Shown here in pieces: positions 9,876 to 20,565 of a stretch of 64,000 bases of DNA. Numbering within the stretch: the stretch's first letter is position 1; each line of letters starts with the position of its first letter. The DNA comes from a virus (lineage: Duplodnaviria; Heunggongvirae; Uroviricota; Caudoviricetes). The translations under genes were made by a program, and so were the position numbers. A model generated the notes under the pieces. It was not told where the DNA came from. It ran no database searches and saw nothing but the letters and a program-made list of their open reading frames with translations. The stretch is from the IMG/VR virus record IMGVR_UViG_3300027710_001079, positions 64,833 to 128,832 of that record. The stretch is one strand, 5' to 3'.

Positions 9876-10068
9876 GTAACCATTCCTCTTCTGGGCTAAA
9901 CGTTGGACATTCTTTTAATAGCTTATCTAATTGCCATTTAAGTTGATATAAATCTTGTTTAACACCCCACGCAACAAATCCGTCGTTGCGTGGATTGCTG
10001 CATTCTCGTGCTGCTGCACGAATTTGAGTAATAGCTTCGATAATATCGTAAGAATGTTTATAGCCCAT
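9826..10068 (-). CDS. Hypothetical protein
   Basis: 80-aa ORF directly downstream of a sigma70 promoter. Confidence 0.65.
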   Translation of the reverse strand: MGYKHSYDIIEAITQIRAAARECSNPRNDGFVAWGVKQDLYQLKWQLDKLLKECPTFSPEEEWLHEQEQKRIIEILKTTN

Positions 10069-10074
10069 GTAGAT

Positions 10075-10103
10075 ATTTTATAGATTAAAAAAGGGTCTGT
10101 CAA
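10075..10103 (-). promoter_or_regulatory. sigma70 promoter
   Basis: TTGACA (10103-10098), 17 nt, TAAAAT (10080-10075). Confidence 0.7.
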
Positions 10104-10111
10104 GACCCTTT
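10087..10111 (-). terminator. Intrinsic terminator after the MazG-like gene
   Basis: Minus strand AAAGGGTCT-TGAC-AGACCCTTT followed by a T run. Confidence 0.7.
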
Positions 10112-10115
10112 GGTG

Positions 10116-10481
10116 TTATTGCACGAACGGTTTAAGATCTGGTGGAGTCCAACCAATAGGTTTTAAAACCTTACCATCTTCACGCTTACGTACTTTGCCT
10201 GTTTCGCTATCAATCTTAGCAAAGTTAGTACGCATAACTTCTTTCCAACCGCCTTCTCCGTCAAATCCTGCACTATGGATAGCACCGACTGTGACAACAA
10301 TAAAGTCTAGTAGTGCATCTAATGTTTCTACATTGTCGTTATTGTCAATGGCAACACGAAGTTCTTTCCACTCTTCTTCCATAAGATTAAGATAGAGTTT
10401 AAATTGTTCTTGATTAAAGCCTTCGACGCTTTGATCGCAGGCCCGCATAAATTTCTCTTGGTCACGAAATGGATTTGTCAT
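10116..10481 (-). CDS. MazG/PRA-PH-like NTP pyrophosphohydrolase
   Basis: EEWKEL...DALLDFIVV, VMRTNFAK and REDGKVLKP motifs. Confidence 0.85.
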   Translation of the reverse strand: MTNPFRDQEKFMRACDQSVEGFNQEQFKLYLNLMEEEWKELRVAIDNNDNVETLDALLDFIVVTVGAIHSAGFDGEGGWKEVMRTNFAKIDSETGKVRKREDGKVLKPIGWTPPDLKPFVQ

Positions 10482-10858
10482 TATTTTCCTACATTAGAAG
10501 TATTTTCAGCCGGTGCTCCCACTTGGAAGGCAAATAGAGCATCATTCGGCATATCATCACTTGACATTAGTATAGCATTATTATCTACCATACGCAACTC
10601 GATCATTTCGCCATCTTCAAGTTCGTACTCAATGCTTCTAGTCCAACGACCGTGCTCTATAAGAATCCATTCGCCAACTTTAACTTCTTTTTGTTCAGGC
10701 CCGATAGCAAACACCTTAGCCCAACGAGGATGAATTCCCTGCACCTTACCGTTATCACTAGGAATGATAATACCTGAAAAAGTTTTCTGACTATCAAAAT
10801 TCATATCCGAAACAAGTACCTTGTCTCGAATAGGAACAATCTTACCTACAACTTTCAT
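10481..10858 (-). CDS. groES: GroES-like co-chaperonin
   Basis: PIRDKVLV, SGIIIP mobile loop, VFAIGP, VKVGEWIL. Confidence 0.85.
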   Translation of the reverse strand: MKVVGKIVPIRDKVLVSDMNFDSQKTFSGIIIPSDNGKVQGIHPRWAKVFAIGPEQKEVKVGEWILIEHGRWTRSIEYELEDGEMIELRMVDNNAILMSSDDMPNDALFAFQVGAPAENTSNVGK

Positions 10859-11073
10859 TTTTTACCTTTATTCATAGTGGCATTTGGATTACTTTCGTAA
10901 TATGAATTAATGGTGTCTTCACGCTTCTTGACAATTCTGCCACCTGGGCCCAGTTCGTCACCTCGGGCGTTCATTCGTACATTACCAACTGCTGGCATTA
11001 GTTGATTTTTTTCTAGAAGCTGATCCATGTCGACTTCTTTGCCCTTCATTGTTCTATATACTTTACGTGTCAT
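10855..11073 (-). CDS. Hypothetical protein
   Basis: 72-aa ORF coupled to groES. Confidence 0.7.
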   Translation of the reverse strand: MTRKVYRTMKGKEVDMDQLLEKNQLMPAVGNVRMNARGDELGPGGRIVKKREDTINSYYESNPNATMNKGKK

Positions 11074-11083
11074 TTTTGACTCC

Positions 11084-11611
11084 TTATTTTAAAAACTCAT
11101 GTATATCGAGTTTGTATTTGATACTGTCTACTTTATGGATACCTATTAGGTACAGCACATAACTGGCCACACTACTGCCCCTGCCTACACCCCACACTAT
11201 TTGATGTTCACGCATGGTGTCTACTAAGTATTTAAGATAAAATAACAAGTCGAACATGCCATGCTGGATAAACAGAGTTAATTCTTCGTCTACCCTAGCC
11301 TTTTCGGATTCAGTCGCACACTGCTCGTATAACCAATCTACAATAGGAAAGTTAGAGTATTCGTTAGGCATAAACCAATCGCATTGATTAGCTTCGTCGA
11401 AAAGCTCTTTAGAATCAATATCAGTAGGTTCTTGGTAAATCTTTAAAAGAGGAGTATCCTCAAAGTTTTCCTTAACAGCGGTATTGAATTGTTTAATTTC
11501 AGCAGTATTGTCAAATAAAATCTTATCGAGATTTTTGATTTTACCAGAATACAATGCCTTAAATGCATCGTCTGTGTTTAGTATTAACTGCCCGTAGTTG
11601 TCAGATCTCAT
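11084..11611 (-). CDS. Stand-alone fragment resembling DNA polymerase III alpha (DnaE)
   Basis: VWGVGRGSSVASYVLYLIGIHKVD matches the DnaE GRGS motif; only 175 aa. Confidence 0.75.
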   Translation of the reverse strand: MRSDNYGQLILNTDDAFKALYSGKIKNLDKILFDNTAEIKQFNTAVKENFEDTPLLKIYQEPTDIDSKELFDEANQCDWFMPNEYSNFPIVDWLYEQCATESEKARVDEELTLFIQHGMFDLLFYLKYLVDTMREHQIVWGVGRGSSVASYVLYLIGIHKVDSIKYKLDIHEFLK

Positions 11612-11628
11612 TTAACAAGTTTAACATA

Positions 11629-11871
11629 TTAGTCTACGTTAATCAAGTCATCAAGATTGCCATTGTTCTTTTTAGTTGCACCCTGCAGGGCAGCTTGATT
11701 TCGTTTGGCCATTTCTTCTCTATAGGTATTGAGTACAACAATAATTTGTGGTAATACCTGATTCATTCCTGTTCTGGCCGCAATACCATACTTTCTAGTT
11801 AGATCCAAAATTCTTTCTTCTAATTCTGTATCTTTTAAATCTGCAGGATTGGCCAGTAACGGATTAAACAT
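11629..11871 (-). CDS. Hypothetical protein
   Basis: 80-aa ORF. Confidence 0.7.
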   Translation of the reverse strand: MFNPLLANPADLKDTELEERILDLTRKYGIAARTGMNQVLPQIIVVLNTYREEMAKRNQAALQGATKKNNGNLDDLINVD

Positions 11872-12442
11872 TAGTATATGTGCCGATAAATTTTATGAAT
11901 ACAGTGTCTCCTGCATCGGCAGTTGATATTTCAAATACATGAGATACTTCTGTATTAGTTCCTAGAATGTGAGGTAATGTTAGACTTGCTTCTTTCTTCA
12001 ACGTATTACTACCTTGTGTAAAATTAATAGATCCTGTGGAAGTAGTTGCGTTTAAAATTTCAAACCTTACTGTTGAATATATGTTGCTGTCCGACGGCCA
12101 GTTAGTCACTGTCAAAGTTGCAGCCCCGTCAACTGTGACTTTATGATAGCCGCCTAATTGATAGTTTATCTGCGTACTTGATGATATATCTTCAAGCAAT
12201 GTTCCTGCAACTCCAGTAGCTTTGAGGACTCCGCGATATATACTGCCTTCGTAACCGTAGTCATTTACATCGTTTAGTTTTACAGAAGTTAATTCTAGTT
12301 GAGATAATTCTTGAGCAGCAGATTGCAGTGCATTTTTAATGCTGGCAAAATTATCTCGAAAACCTTGGGTATCATTGTCTACTCCTGGTACAGGGTATAA
12401 AACGTTGATATTGTTACTAAAATTGGTTACGGTGCTTGACAT
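11864..12442 (-). CDS. Putative virion structural protein
   Basis: Thr/Ser/Asn-rich, N-terminal coiled coil, ATAAATA box at 12467-12473 upstream. Confidence 0.55.
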   Translation of the reverse strand: MSSTVTNFSNNINVLYPVPGVDNDTQGFRDNFASIKNALQSAAQELSQLELTSVKLNDVNDYGYEGSIYRGVLKATGVAGTLLEDISSSTQINYQLGGYHKVTVDGAATLTVTNWPSDSNIYSTVRFEILNATTSTGSINFTQGSNTLKKEASLTLPHILGTNTEVSHVFEISTADAGDTVFIKFIGTYTNV

Positions 12443-12469
12443 ATGTTTCTCTCTAAGAACAGTAGATAT

Positions 12470-14044
12470 TTATCCGAAGATTGTAAGGGGTGTTGCAGAA
12501 TTAAAAATCTGGTATAATGCTTTTGCTGGCCCGCCTTGTAAGCTGCCCCAGTTAGTGTATCCTGAACCACCGTAGTAACTTTCGTTAACTTTCCATGTGC
12601 TGGCCGTAGAAGTTGTCCAATTTAAACATTGTTGTTGATTCATCCAAGGCCTTGCCTGTAATACACAAGCCAGTGCACCTACAACTTGTGGAGCGGCTTG
12701 ACTAGTGCCAGATATGGCATTTAGATAATAATTAGAATTTCTAGGATCTGCTACAGCAGGATATGCATATGCACTGTTTGCGTAAGCACCCATAATATAA
12801 TCTCCTGGTGCCCAAATATCTACTCCAGGACCGGTACAACTGAATTCTCTTTTATGCTCGGGATTAACCGAAGCAGTTGCAAATGCTGCAATTGCACCGA
12901 CACAGATTACACCATTAGTACCTGCAGGTGTTGCTCCTCTGTGATAGTAATAAGTAAAACCTGTATATTCAGTCCAGTAGTTATTGTAATCAAGACCACC
13001 GCTAACATCAATTTTATGACGATCGTTACCGGCAGCAGCCACTACAATAACTCCAGCATTTATACAACTTTCTATTTCTGCATTTAGTGCAGGATAGAAA
13101 TATCCGTGTACACCTATGCCACCTTCGGGGATTCCGATAGTTCCGTATGCAGCAGTAGTAGTTGATACTGCATAGTTAGTGTTACGATATCTAATACCTG
13201 TTAATCTCGTGTAACTGGAAAAGAAACCAAAACTGCAATTAACAATAGTTGGACGCTTATAGCCAGTTGCAGGGTCTACAGCTTTGGCTATGTGGAATGC
13301 TCTAATAGTTTGCCAGACTTCAAAATCATCTAACAGTCCTAATACCCTATTGTCAGTAATATCACGTTCTGTAGTAGCACCTGAACCTACAGATCTTAAA
13401 CTGTAGATATTAGCACCCGGTGCCCAACCTTGTGTGTTACCCGCCGCAATACTCGCACAGTTTGAACCGTGCCCGTCACAGTCCCCTAAAAACCCGCCGG
13501 TGGGTGCCGAAGCAATAATACCATGTTGAGTCCAATCATAATCAATTACTCTACTACCGCCAGTGCCATCTGTGTTAACTGCAAATTCTGGATGGTTAGG
13601 TTCAACACCTGTATCAATAATAATTATATCAACTCCACCGCCATTTAGATTAAAAGTAAATGGACCAGTACTAGAACTATATCCTGTTGGAAAATTAGTC
13701 ACAGTGCTTAGTCCTCTAACTAGTCCCCAATTTTTTGAAGTCTGAAAAGGTTCGATTGATTTGTTAAAAATACCTGTTCTAATACCTGTTGTTCTTTTCT
13801 TAACGCCCATTTCAATAGGGTCTCTATGAACTTCTTTGATCCTAAGATCAGACATCAGTGCCGCTGCTTCTTCGTCAGTTAACATCACAGTAGAATTGTG
13901 CTCACTGTGTGTCATCGGGTTAATGATTTCTACAGCACGTTCTGGAATTGCCTCATCTGAATAATCCGTAGTTAAATCTGCATGAACGCTGGGCTTATCA
14001 TTTGGATTTTCAACTACGACATAATATTTTCGTAACATTGACAT
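12470..14044 (-). CDS. Subtilisin-like (S8) serine protease
   Basis: Catalytic triad motifs IIDTG, HGSNCAS and SGTSQAAP; oxyanion-hole motif AAAGN. Confidence 0.9.
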   Translation of the reverse strand: MSMLRKYYVVVENPNDKPSVHADLTTDYSDEAIPERAVEIINPMTHSEHNSTVMLTDEEAAALMSDLRIKEVHRDPIEMGVKKRTTGIRTGIFNKSIEPFQTSKNWGLVRGLSTVTNFPTGYSSSTGPFTFNLNGGGVDIIIIDTGVEPNHPEFAVNTDGTGGSRVIDYDWTQHGIIASAPTGGFLGDCDGHGSNCASIAAGNTQGWAPGANIYSLRSVGSGATTERDITDNRVLGLLDDFEVWQTIRAFHIAKAVDPATGYKRPTIVNCSFGFFSSYTRLTGIRYRNTNYAVSTTTAAYGTIGIPEGGIGVHGYFYPALNAEIESCINAGVIVVAAAGNDRHKIDVSGGLDYNNYWTEYTGFTYYYHRGATPAGTNGVICVGAIAAFATASVNPEHKREFSCTGPGVDIWAPGDYIMGAYANSAYAYPAVADPRNSNYYLNAISGTSQAAPQVVGALACVLQARPWMNQQQCLNWTTSTASTWKVNESYYGGSGYTNWGSLQGGPAKALYQIFNSATPLTIFG

Positions 14045-14047
14045 TCC

Positions 14048-15130
14048 TTACGATATCACTGTTCTATCAGTGAATAGTCTCCAATTGGCTCCGTCATAGA
14101 AACAAGGCTGGCCACCACCCGCTGCATCTACTACATAAAGTATTGCACCTTGCCTTGTAATTGCACCTAACGCAGATAATTGTGCAGTAGTCGCAGTAGT
14201 TAATACAAAAGGACTGTTGACAGTAATTTGTCCAGCAGCACGTAAATTAAGATCGTTACCTGATTGAATAGTTGCAGCAGTGCTTACTCCGGTAACCGTT
14301 AAAGTTGAGATATACAGAGTTTGAACAGTGTAAGTATTGCCTACTACAGTAACAGCACCGGTTGCACCTAAATTACCTGTCGCCCCAATTAGACCAGTTG
14401 ATCCAGTTAGGCCTATTTGACCCGTTGCTCCAGTAATACCAGTGGCACCTGTTGCTCCTCTTAGACCAGTTGCACCATCTAATCCAGTAGCACCTATTCC
14501 GGTAGCACCGGTAGCACCTTGTCTTCCAGAGATTGTAAACGTCCAGTCTGAGTATGTACCAGTTCCGGTGAATGCAGTGACATTAATTAATAATGTGTTT
14601 CCAGTTAAGGTGTTAATAAATCCGCCAAGACCAAATGAGCTATCTGCCCCAACTGGTGTTATCTTTACAGAACTACCTGCAACAAATGCAGTTTCGGTGT
14701 CAAGTTTATTAAGAACAAATGTTTTAATACCTGTACTGATTGAGTGAGTTGAAGTAGAAGTTAATCCTTCGTATCCGGCACCACTTGCTCCAATTGCTCC
14801 TTGCGGTCCAGTTGCTCCTTGTGGGCCAGTAGCACCAGCAGATCCTGTGCTGCCTTGTGCAGCCGCAGTTCCAGGAATTCCCTGTACGCCAGTAGCACCA
14901 GCAGGCCCTGCTGATCCACTTTGTCCAGTAGCACCTGTAGAACCTGCAAACGCTACAGTTCCGTCTAAACCTCTAGGTCCTGTTGCACCCGGAATACCAG
15001 TAGCACCGGTTGCACCCCTAGGTAATGGACCTGCAACCCATGCCGTTGATGTACTGTTGTAAACCCATAGACTGCCGTTGTAAGTATAAACCTGACCGGC
15101 TGTTGGGCTTGATGGAAAATTTATTGCCAT
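14048..15130 (-). CDS. Collagen-like fibre protein 1
   Basis: G-X-T/G-X-Q triplets; N-terminal FPSSPTAGQVYT...W motif. Confidence 0.85.
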   Translation of the reverse strand: MAINFPSSPTAGQVYTYNGSLWVYNSTSTAWVAGPLPRGATGATGIPGATGPRGLDGTVAFAGSTGATGQSGSAGPAGATGVQGIPGTAAAQGSTGSAGATGPQGATGPQGAIGASGAGYEGLTSTSTHSISTGIKTFVLNKLDTETAFVAGSSVKITPVGADSSFGLGGFINTLTGNTLLINVTAFTGTGTYSDWTFTISGRQGATGATGIGATGLDGATGLRGATGATGITGATGQIGLTGSTGLIGATGNLGATGAVTVVGNTYTVQTLYISTLTVTGVSTAATIQSGNDLNLRAAGQITVNSPFVLTTATTAQLSALGAITRQGAILYVVDAAGGGQPCFYDGANWRLFTDRTVIS

Positions 15131-15133
15131 GTT

Positions 15134-18025
15134 TTATCCTATGTAAGCTACAGACCAGTTATCGTTAGCATCAAACGACAATGTTCCTACCGTTACTACT
15201 ACTTTCATTGTGTCGCCTGCTGCTAACTTAGCAATGGTACTAACACCTGCATGGTTCATTGTTGTATTGGCTCCAAATTCTAACATACATAAAGCTGTAG
15301 AACTATTTTTATAAACGATAGCCTGACTGATAGTGCTTGACGAGTTACTGCTTGTTCGCATAACTAAATGAGTTGAATATAATCCAGCAACTGGTGCTGT
15401 GAATATACCAGTCGATGTATTCAATGAGGTTCCTTGTTGATAATCTACAGTAAAGATAGTATTAGTTAATGTAGTTACAGAATTAATGGGTCCTCCAGTA
15501 CCTTCAACACGGAACGCTGGTCTTGTTGGCATAACAACATTGCCACCAACATGTAAGTTGCCGCCGATACCTGCACCGCCTACTACCTGCAATGCTCCGC
15601 TATTTGTTGAAGTTGCACTGGTTGTATTTGTAATAGTAAAGATACTGGTTAACGGATTTGCAATAGCACCAGTTGCACCAGCAGGACCGGTCGCACCTGT
15701 TAATCCAGTAAATCCTCTTGCACCAGTTAATGTAATAACCCAGTTTGAAAAAGTTCCTACTCCGGATACGCTATATGGCGTAATTGCTATATTTGTTCCA
15801 GTATACCAATTTATATATGCATCTGCACCAAATGCAAGGTTATCTAATGCAAGTAATCTAACTCTAGAATTAGGACCATATGCTGTTTGAGTATTTGCTA
15901 AATTTACAGTGAATACCATTGTAGTTGAAGTAAATGCCACACTGCTCGTTGATACTAAGCTAGCAAACCCTAAACCAGTAGCACCAAATTGTCCAGTGGC
16001 ACCTGTTGATCCCCACAATCCAGTAGCACCTGTTGATCCGTGTATTCCAGTTGCACCTGTTGACCCAAAAGATCCAGTTGCACCTGTTGCACCTGGGCCA
16101 GTTGCACCTGTTGCTCCTTCCAATCCGGTTGCACCTGTTGATCCTCTAGAACCTACTGCACCAGTTGACCCTTGTAAGCCGGAAGCACCTGTTGATCCAG
16201 AAGACCCCTGGAATCCAGTTGCCCCTGTTCCGCCGCTACCAGTAGCACCAGTTCCACCTTGAATACCTGTAGCACCTGTAGCACCCGACGAGCCTTGAAA
16301 TCCAATTGGTCCTGTAGCACCTGTAGCACCTGTAGTTCCAGTTAATCCTGTAGCACCTGTAGCACCAAACCCTGTTGCTCCGTTTGGTCCAATTTCTCCA
16401 GTAGCACCTTGTGCTCCAGTAGCACCAGTAGCACCACTTCCAGTAGCACCTGCAGGACCGGTAGCACCAGTAGCACCAGTAGCACCAGTACCGCCTTGAG
16501 CACCTGTAGCACCAAACCCTGTTGCTCCAGTAGCACCTTGAGCACCAGTTGCACCGATATTTCCCTCAGTTCCCTGCGGTCCTGTTGATCCTGTGCTGCC
16601 TTGCAGACCAGTAGCACCTGTTGATCCAATTTCACCTTGAGCACCTGTTGCTCCTTGGCCCGCAAATGTTCCAGGAATTCCTTGAACACCAGTAGCACCT
16701 TGGAGACCGGTAGATCCAGTAGATCCTTGAGGTCCAGTCGAACCTGTACTGCCTTGTAATCCTGTAGCACCAGTTGCACCTGTAGAACCGGTAGAACCAA
16801 TTTGTCCAGTAGCACCCGTAGCACCTGCACCAGTAGCCCCTTGCGGCCCTGTAGCACCAGTAGAACCAGTAGAACCAATTTGTCCAGTAGCACCCGTAGC
16901 ACCTGCACCAGTTGCTCCTTGAGCACCAGTAGCACCTGTTGATCCAATATCACCTTGAGCACCAGTAGCACCTGCACCAGTTGCTCCTTGAGGTCCAGTT
17001 GCACCTGTTGATCCCTGTCTTCCGGAAATTGTAAATGTCCAGTTTGAATATGTACCGGAGCCAGTGAACGCAGTTACATTAAGAGATAATGTGTTTCCGG
17101 TCAAGGTATTGATAAAGCCACCGAGACCAAAAGTTCCATCAACTCCTACTGGTGTTATCTTTACAGAACTACCTACTGTAAATGCAGTTTCAGTTGAAAG
17201 TTTATTAAGAACAAATGTTTTAATGCCTGCACTAATTTCATGAGTTGAAGTAGAAGTTAATCCTTCGTATCCAGCTCCGGAATCTCCTGCAGGTCCAGTT
17301 GCACCTGTTGCACCGTCAACTCCTGGTAATCCGCTTGCCCCAGTAGACCCCATAAAGGCCGCAGTACCTGGAATACCCTGAGCACCTGTAGCACCTGTTA
17401 AACCAGTTGCACCTGGGCCGCCGGTAAATCCTGTAGCACCGGTTGCACCTTGATATCCAGTTGCACCCGAAGCACCAGCCGCACCAGTTGATCCTGTTTC
17501 TCCAACTGATCCTCCTGGGCTTGCTGACACCCAAACCGTTCCATTGTAAGTAAACAGTTGACCTGTTTCTTGAGTGTCAAGCCACATATCTCCAGCAGCA
17601 GCCACTAACGGTCTTGATGTTGAAATTACCGCAGTTAACCTAGGTCCAGTTGCACCAGTTGATCCTCTAGTGCCAGTTGCACCACGAGCACCTGTTGCAC
17701 CCATTGAAACTACATTGACTACACCTTCAACGATTTCTAAGCCGTTGCCTACTATAATTGTTCCTAGAGTAGAAGTAGTTGCAGTAGTAGCTACAGTTGT
17801 TACATTTAAAAATCCTTCTTGGTCAACATTTAAGCCATCGCCAATTTTAATCCCACCAATAGTGCTGGTAGTTGCAGTTGACACATTAAATGTGACTAGT
17901 TCATTATTAATGAATTCGCCTAACTGTCCTACAGTCATTTGTTTTGTTAGGTTGCCATCAGCAACAGGCATACTAGTTGCCGTTGTTATTGAACCAATAA
18001 CAGGTAGATTACTAATGGTACTCAT
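15134..18025 (-). CDS. Collagen-like fibre protein 2 with a C1q/TNF-like C-terminal domain
   Basis: Long GATGAT collagen tract; C-terminal PAFRV...[12 protein letters not shown]...LAAGDT pattern. Confidence 0.85.
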   Translation of the reverse strand: MSTISNLPVIGSITTATSMPVADGNLTKQMTVGQLGEFINNELVTFNVSTATTSTIGGIKIGDGLNVDQEGFLNVTTVATTATTSTLGTIIVGNGLEIVEGVVNVVSMGATGARGATGTRGSTGATGPRLTAVISTSRPLVAAAGDMWLDTQETGQLFTYNGTVWVSASPGGSVGETGSTGAAGASGATGYQGATGATGFTGGPGATGLTGATGAQGIPGTAAFMGSTGASGLPGVDGATGATGPAGDSGAGYEGLTSTSTHEISAGIKTFVLNKLSTETAFTVGSSVKITPVGVDGTFGLGGFINTLTGNTLSLNVTAFTGSGTYSNWTFTISGRQGSTGATGPQGATGAGATGAQGDIGSTGATGAQGATGAGATGATGQIGSTGSTGATGPQGATGAGATGATGQIGSTGSTGATGATGLQGSTGSTGPQGSTGSTGLQGATGVQGIPGTFAGQGATGAQGEIGSTGATGLQGSTGSTGPQGTEGNIGATGAQGATGATGFGATGAQGGTGATGATGATGPAGATGSGATGATGAQGATGEIGPNGATGFGATGATGLTGTTGATGATGPIGFQGSSGATGATGIQGGTGATGSGGTGATGFQGSSGSTGASGLQGSTGAVGSRGSTGATGLEGATGATGPGATGATGSFGSTGATGIHGSTGATGLWGSTGATGQFGATGLGFASLVSTSSVAFTSTTMVFTVNLANTQTAYGPNSRVRLLALDNLAFGADAYINWYTGTNIAITPYSVSGVGTFSNWVITLTGARGFTGLTGATGPAGATGAIANPLTSIFTITNTTSATSTNSGALQVVGGAGIGGNLHVGGNVVMPTRPAFRVEGTGGPINSVTTLTNTIFTVDYQQGTSLNTSTGIFTAPVAGLYSTHLVMRTSSNSSSTISQAIVYKNSSTALCMLEFGANTTMNHAGVSTIAKLAAGDTMKVVVTVGTLSFDANDNWSVAYIG
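16791..16912. repeat. Exact 44-nt direct repeat with a 78-nt period inside collagen gene 2
   Basis: gtagaaccaatttgtccagtagcacccgtagcacctgcaccagt at 16791-16834 and 16869-16912. Confidence 0.9.
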
Positions 18026-20562
18026 TTAACTAAACACTCCACAATGCCTGATCCGCTTTCTAACGCAAATGCAAATGGCTGTCGACCATTGCTTTCTGTG
18101 CTGCCTTTGCCATCCATGTACGGCCAAATAGGTTCTCCTTTTAACACGTATCCTTCTACCTTAACTGGTACACGCCCAGTTAAAGCAATGTATGTACCGC
18201 CTTCTAATTCGCTGTTCATCATGTATGCAGGCTTGCCGGACACTACGCCAATAACATAACAGTCGCTAGTAGTTATTGCAGTAACTTCTGCAACACCGCC
18301 TATCATCATAACTGTACCAACTGAGTATTCCTGGTCTGCTAGATACTTTTCTGCCAAGTCAGCATATACTGCAACAGTAGCAGTTCCTCTAAAGAATGAT
18401 CCTCTAATATCGCCCAAGTCATCTCTTGCAACAATTGTGGCAGTAATATTATCTTCATATCCTTTTGCAAAATAACTAAACCCGCCTACATACGGTACAA
18501 TTTCTAAAGCTGCTGCCTGTGCATTACTCGCACCAGTAGCACCAGTTAAACCATCAGCACCAGTAGCACCTTGAGCCCCAGTAGCACCAGTTGATCCTTG
18601 AGCACCAGTTGCACCTGTAGCACCATCAAATCCAGCCGGTCCGGTAGAGCCCGACAACCCGGTAGCACCCGAACTACCAGTAAGTCCAATAGGTCCTTCT
18701 GGTCCTGTAGCCCCCATAGCTCCGGTTGCACCTGTAGAACCGATTGGACCAGTTGCACCATCTGGGCCAGTTGCACCGGTTGATCCCATTACACCTTCTG
18801 CTCCAGTAGCACCAGTTGAACCTGATGGGCCAGTAGCACCAGTTATAGGACCAACGCTGATTACAGAAGCATCGTTTAGTGTAAATTCAATTATGGTATT
18901 GCTAGAAGTTAGAGTAGCAGTAGTAATATATTTTCCAGCAGGACCAGTAGCACCAGTTGCTCCAGAAGCTCCTTGGTTGCCCTGTGTTCCAACTGCTCCG
19001 GTAGCTCCTGCAGGACCAGTTGCACCTGTAGCACCAGTAGTTCCTGGTATGCTAGGTCCTTCTGCTCCGGTAGCACCTGCAGGGCCTGTTGCACCTGTAG
19101 CACCAGTAGCACCTGTAGTACCTAATGGACCGGTAGCACCTGTGCTGCCCTGCAACCCTGTAGCACCTGTAGCACCAGTTGCTCCGATGGCACCTGTGGC
19201 ACCTGTAGCACCTTGGCCAGTAGCACCTGTAGCACCTGGCTCGCCTTGGTTACCAGTTGCACCTGTTGATCCTGTAGCACCAATACCAGTTGCACCCGTT
19301 GCACCTAACTCTCCCTGAATACCAGTTGCACCCGTTGCACCGTCTCCGCCAATTGGCCCAGTTGAGCCAGTAGCACCGTCTGGACCAGTTGCACCTTCAG
19401 CACCGGTAGCACCTGTAGCACCTAATCCAGTTGATCCTTGCGGCCCAGTTGCACCAGTTGCTCCTCGAAGGCCTGTTGCACCAGTTGCACCGAAGTTACC
19501 TGTAGCACCTGTTGATCCTAACGGACCAGTAGCACCTGTTGTGCCTAAGTCACCAGTTGGTCCTTGAATACCTGTAGCACCAGTAGCACCAAAATTTCCA
19601 GTTGCACCAGTACCACCGACTGATCCAGTTGCACCCGGACTGCCGATACCAGTTGAACCAGTTGATCCTTGTCCTGTAGCACCTGTGGCCCCAGCACCGC
19701 CAAATGGTGCACCTGCACTCCAGTTACCATCTCCGTTTTGTTTGATATATAACGTGCCAGTACCTAGTTCTAAGAATGCAAAACCGAACGGCCTATCATC
19801 ATACTGACTTCTTTCATCATACGGAGTTGGCCAATATCCTACAGCATCAATAACAAACGGTTGTCCAATCTCACCAGTAGCACCTGTAGATCCTTCACCA
19901 GTAGCACCTGTAGCACCAATAGGACCAGTTGAACCAGTGCCACCTTGTCCTGCAAATGTTCCAGCAATACCAGTTGCACCTTGTAGGCCAGTAGCACCGG
20001 TTGATCCTTGAGCACCAGTTGCACCAGTACCGCCTTGTCCGGGAATACCTTGCGGCCCAGTTGAACCAGTGCCACCTTGGAATGCTGCTACTCCGGGAAT
20101 TCCTTGGAGTCCTGTTGCACCTTGCTCGCCAGTTGCACCTTGGGCACCTGTAGAACCAGTAGCACCGCTGCCTGTAGCACCTTGACTACCTGTAGCACCT
20201 GCACTGCCAGCAGGACCTTGAGATCCAGTAGCACCAGTAGCACCCATAAACGCAGCAGTGCCCGGAATACCTTGCGGCCCGGTTGCACCAGTTCCTCCTG
20301 GATATCCTATATCACCTTTTGGACCTGTAGACCCAGTTGAACCGTCTTGACCTGTTGCACCAGTTGATCCGCTGCCCGTAGCACCTCGTAATCCAATTGG
20401 TCCAGTAGCACCGCTTGCACCTACCGCGGTCTCTCTACTAAAAAATGTTCCTAATGTTTCTACAGTTGTATAGTATGTTTGTCTGGTAGAAGTATCTGCT
20501 ACTGGTATCAGAACAGCATTGGTTAGTGTGTTTAACGGTGGTAAATTACTTATTGTGCTCAT
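18022..20562 (-). CDS. Collagen-like fibre protein 3 with a peptidase-G2/chaperone-like C-terminal domain
   Basis: G-X-T repeats; C-terminal ADLAEKY...[11 protein letters not shown]. Confidence 0.85.
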   Translation of the reverse strand: MSTISNLPPLNTLTNAVLIPVADTSTRQTYYTTVETLGTFFSRETAVGASGATGPIGLRGATGSGSTGATGQDGSTGSTGPKGDIGYPGGTGATGPQGIPGTAAFMGATGATGSQGPAGSAGATGSQGATGSGATGSTGAQGATGEQGATGLQGIPGVAAFQGGTGSTGPQGIPGQGGTGATGAQGSTGATGLQGATGIAGTFAGQGGTGSTGPIGATGATGEGSTGATGEIGQPFVIDAVGYWPTPYDERSQYDDRPFGFAFLELGTGTLYIKQNGDGNWSAGAPFGGAGATGATGQGSTGSTGIGSPGATGSVGGTGATGNFGATGATGIQGPTGDLGTTGATGPLGSTGATGNFGATGATGLRGATGATGPQGSTGLGATGATGAEGATGPDGATGSTGPIGGDGATGATGIQGELGATGATGIGATGSTGATGNQGEPGATGATGQGATGATGAIGATGATGATGLQGSTGATGPLGTTGATGATGATGPAGATGAEGPSIPGTTGATGATGPAGATGAVGTQGNQGASGATGATGPAGKYITTATLTSSNTIIEFTLNDASVISVGPITGATGPSGSTGATGAEGVMGSTGATGPDGATGPIGSTGATGAMGATGPEGPIGLTGSSGATGLSGSTGPAGFDGATGATGAQGSTGATGAQGATGADGLTGATGASNAQAAALEIVPYVGGFSYFAKGYEDNITATIVARDDLGDIRGSFFRGTATVAVYADLAEKYLADQEYSVGTVMMIGGVAEVTAITTSDCYVIGVVSGKPAYMMNSELEGGTYIALTGRVPVKVEGYVLKGEPIWPYMDGKGSTESNGRQPFAFALESGSGIVECLVK

Positions 20563-20565
20563 CTT

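Noticed and set aside
14442-20340. Many PVAPVAP or LVLQVL ORFs in the track
   Set aside because: They are antisense or frame-shifted shadows of the G-X-T collagen genes, not independent genes
14048-20562. Repetitive DNA as a possible CRISPR array or DGR
   Set aside because: The repeats are 9-nt codon-level collagen units with no constant repeat plus unique spacer; no reverse transcriptase or TR/VR pair is seen
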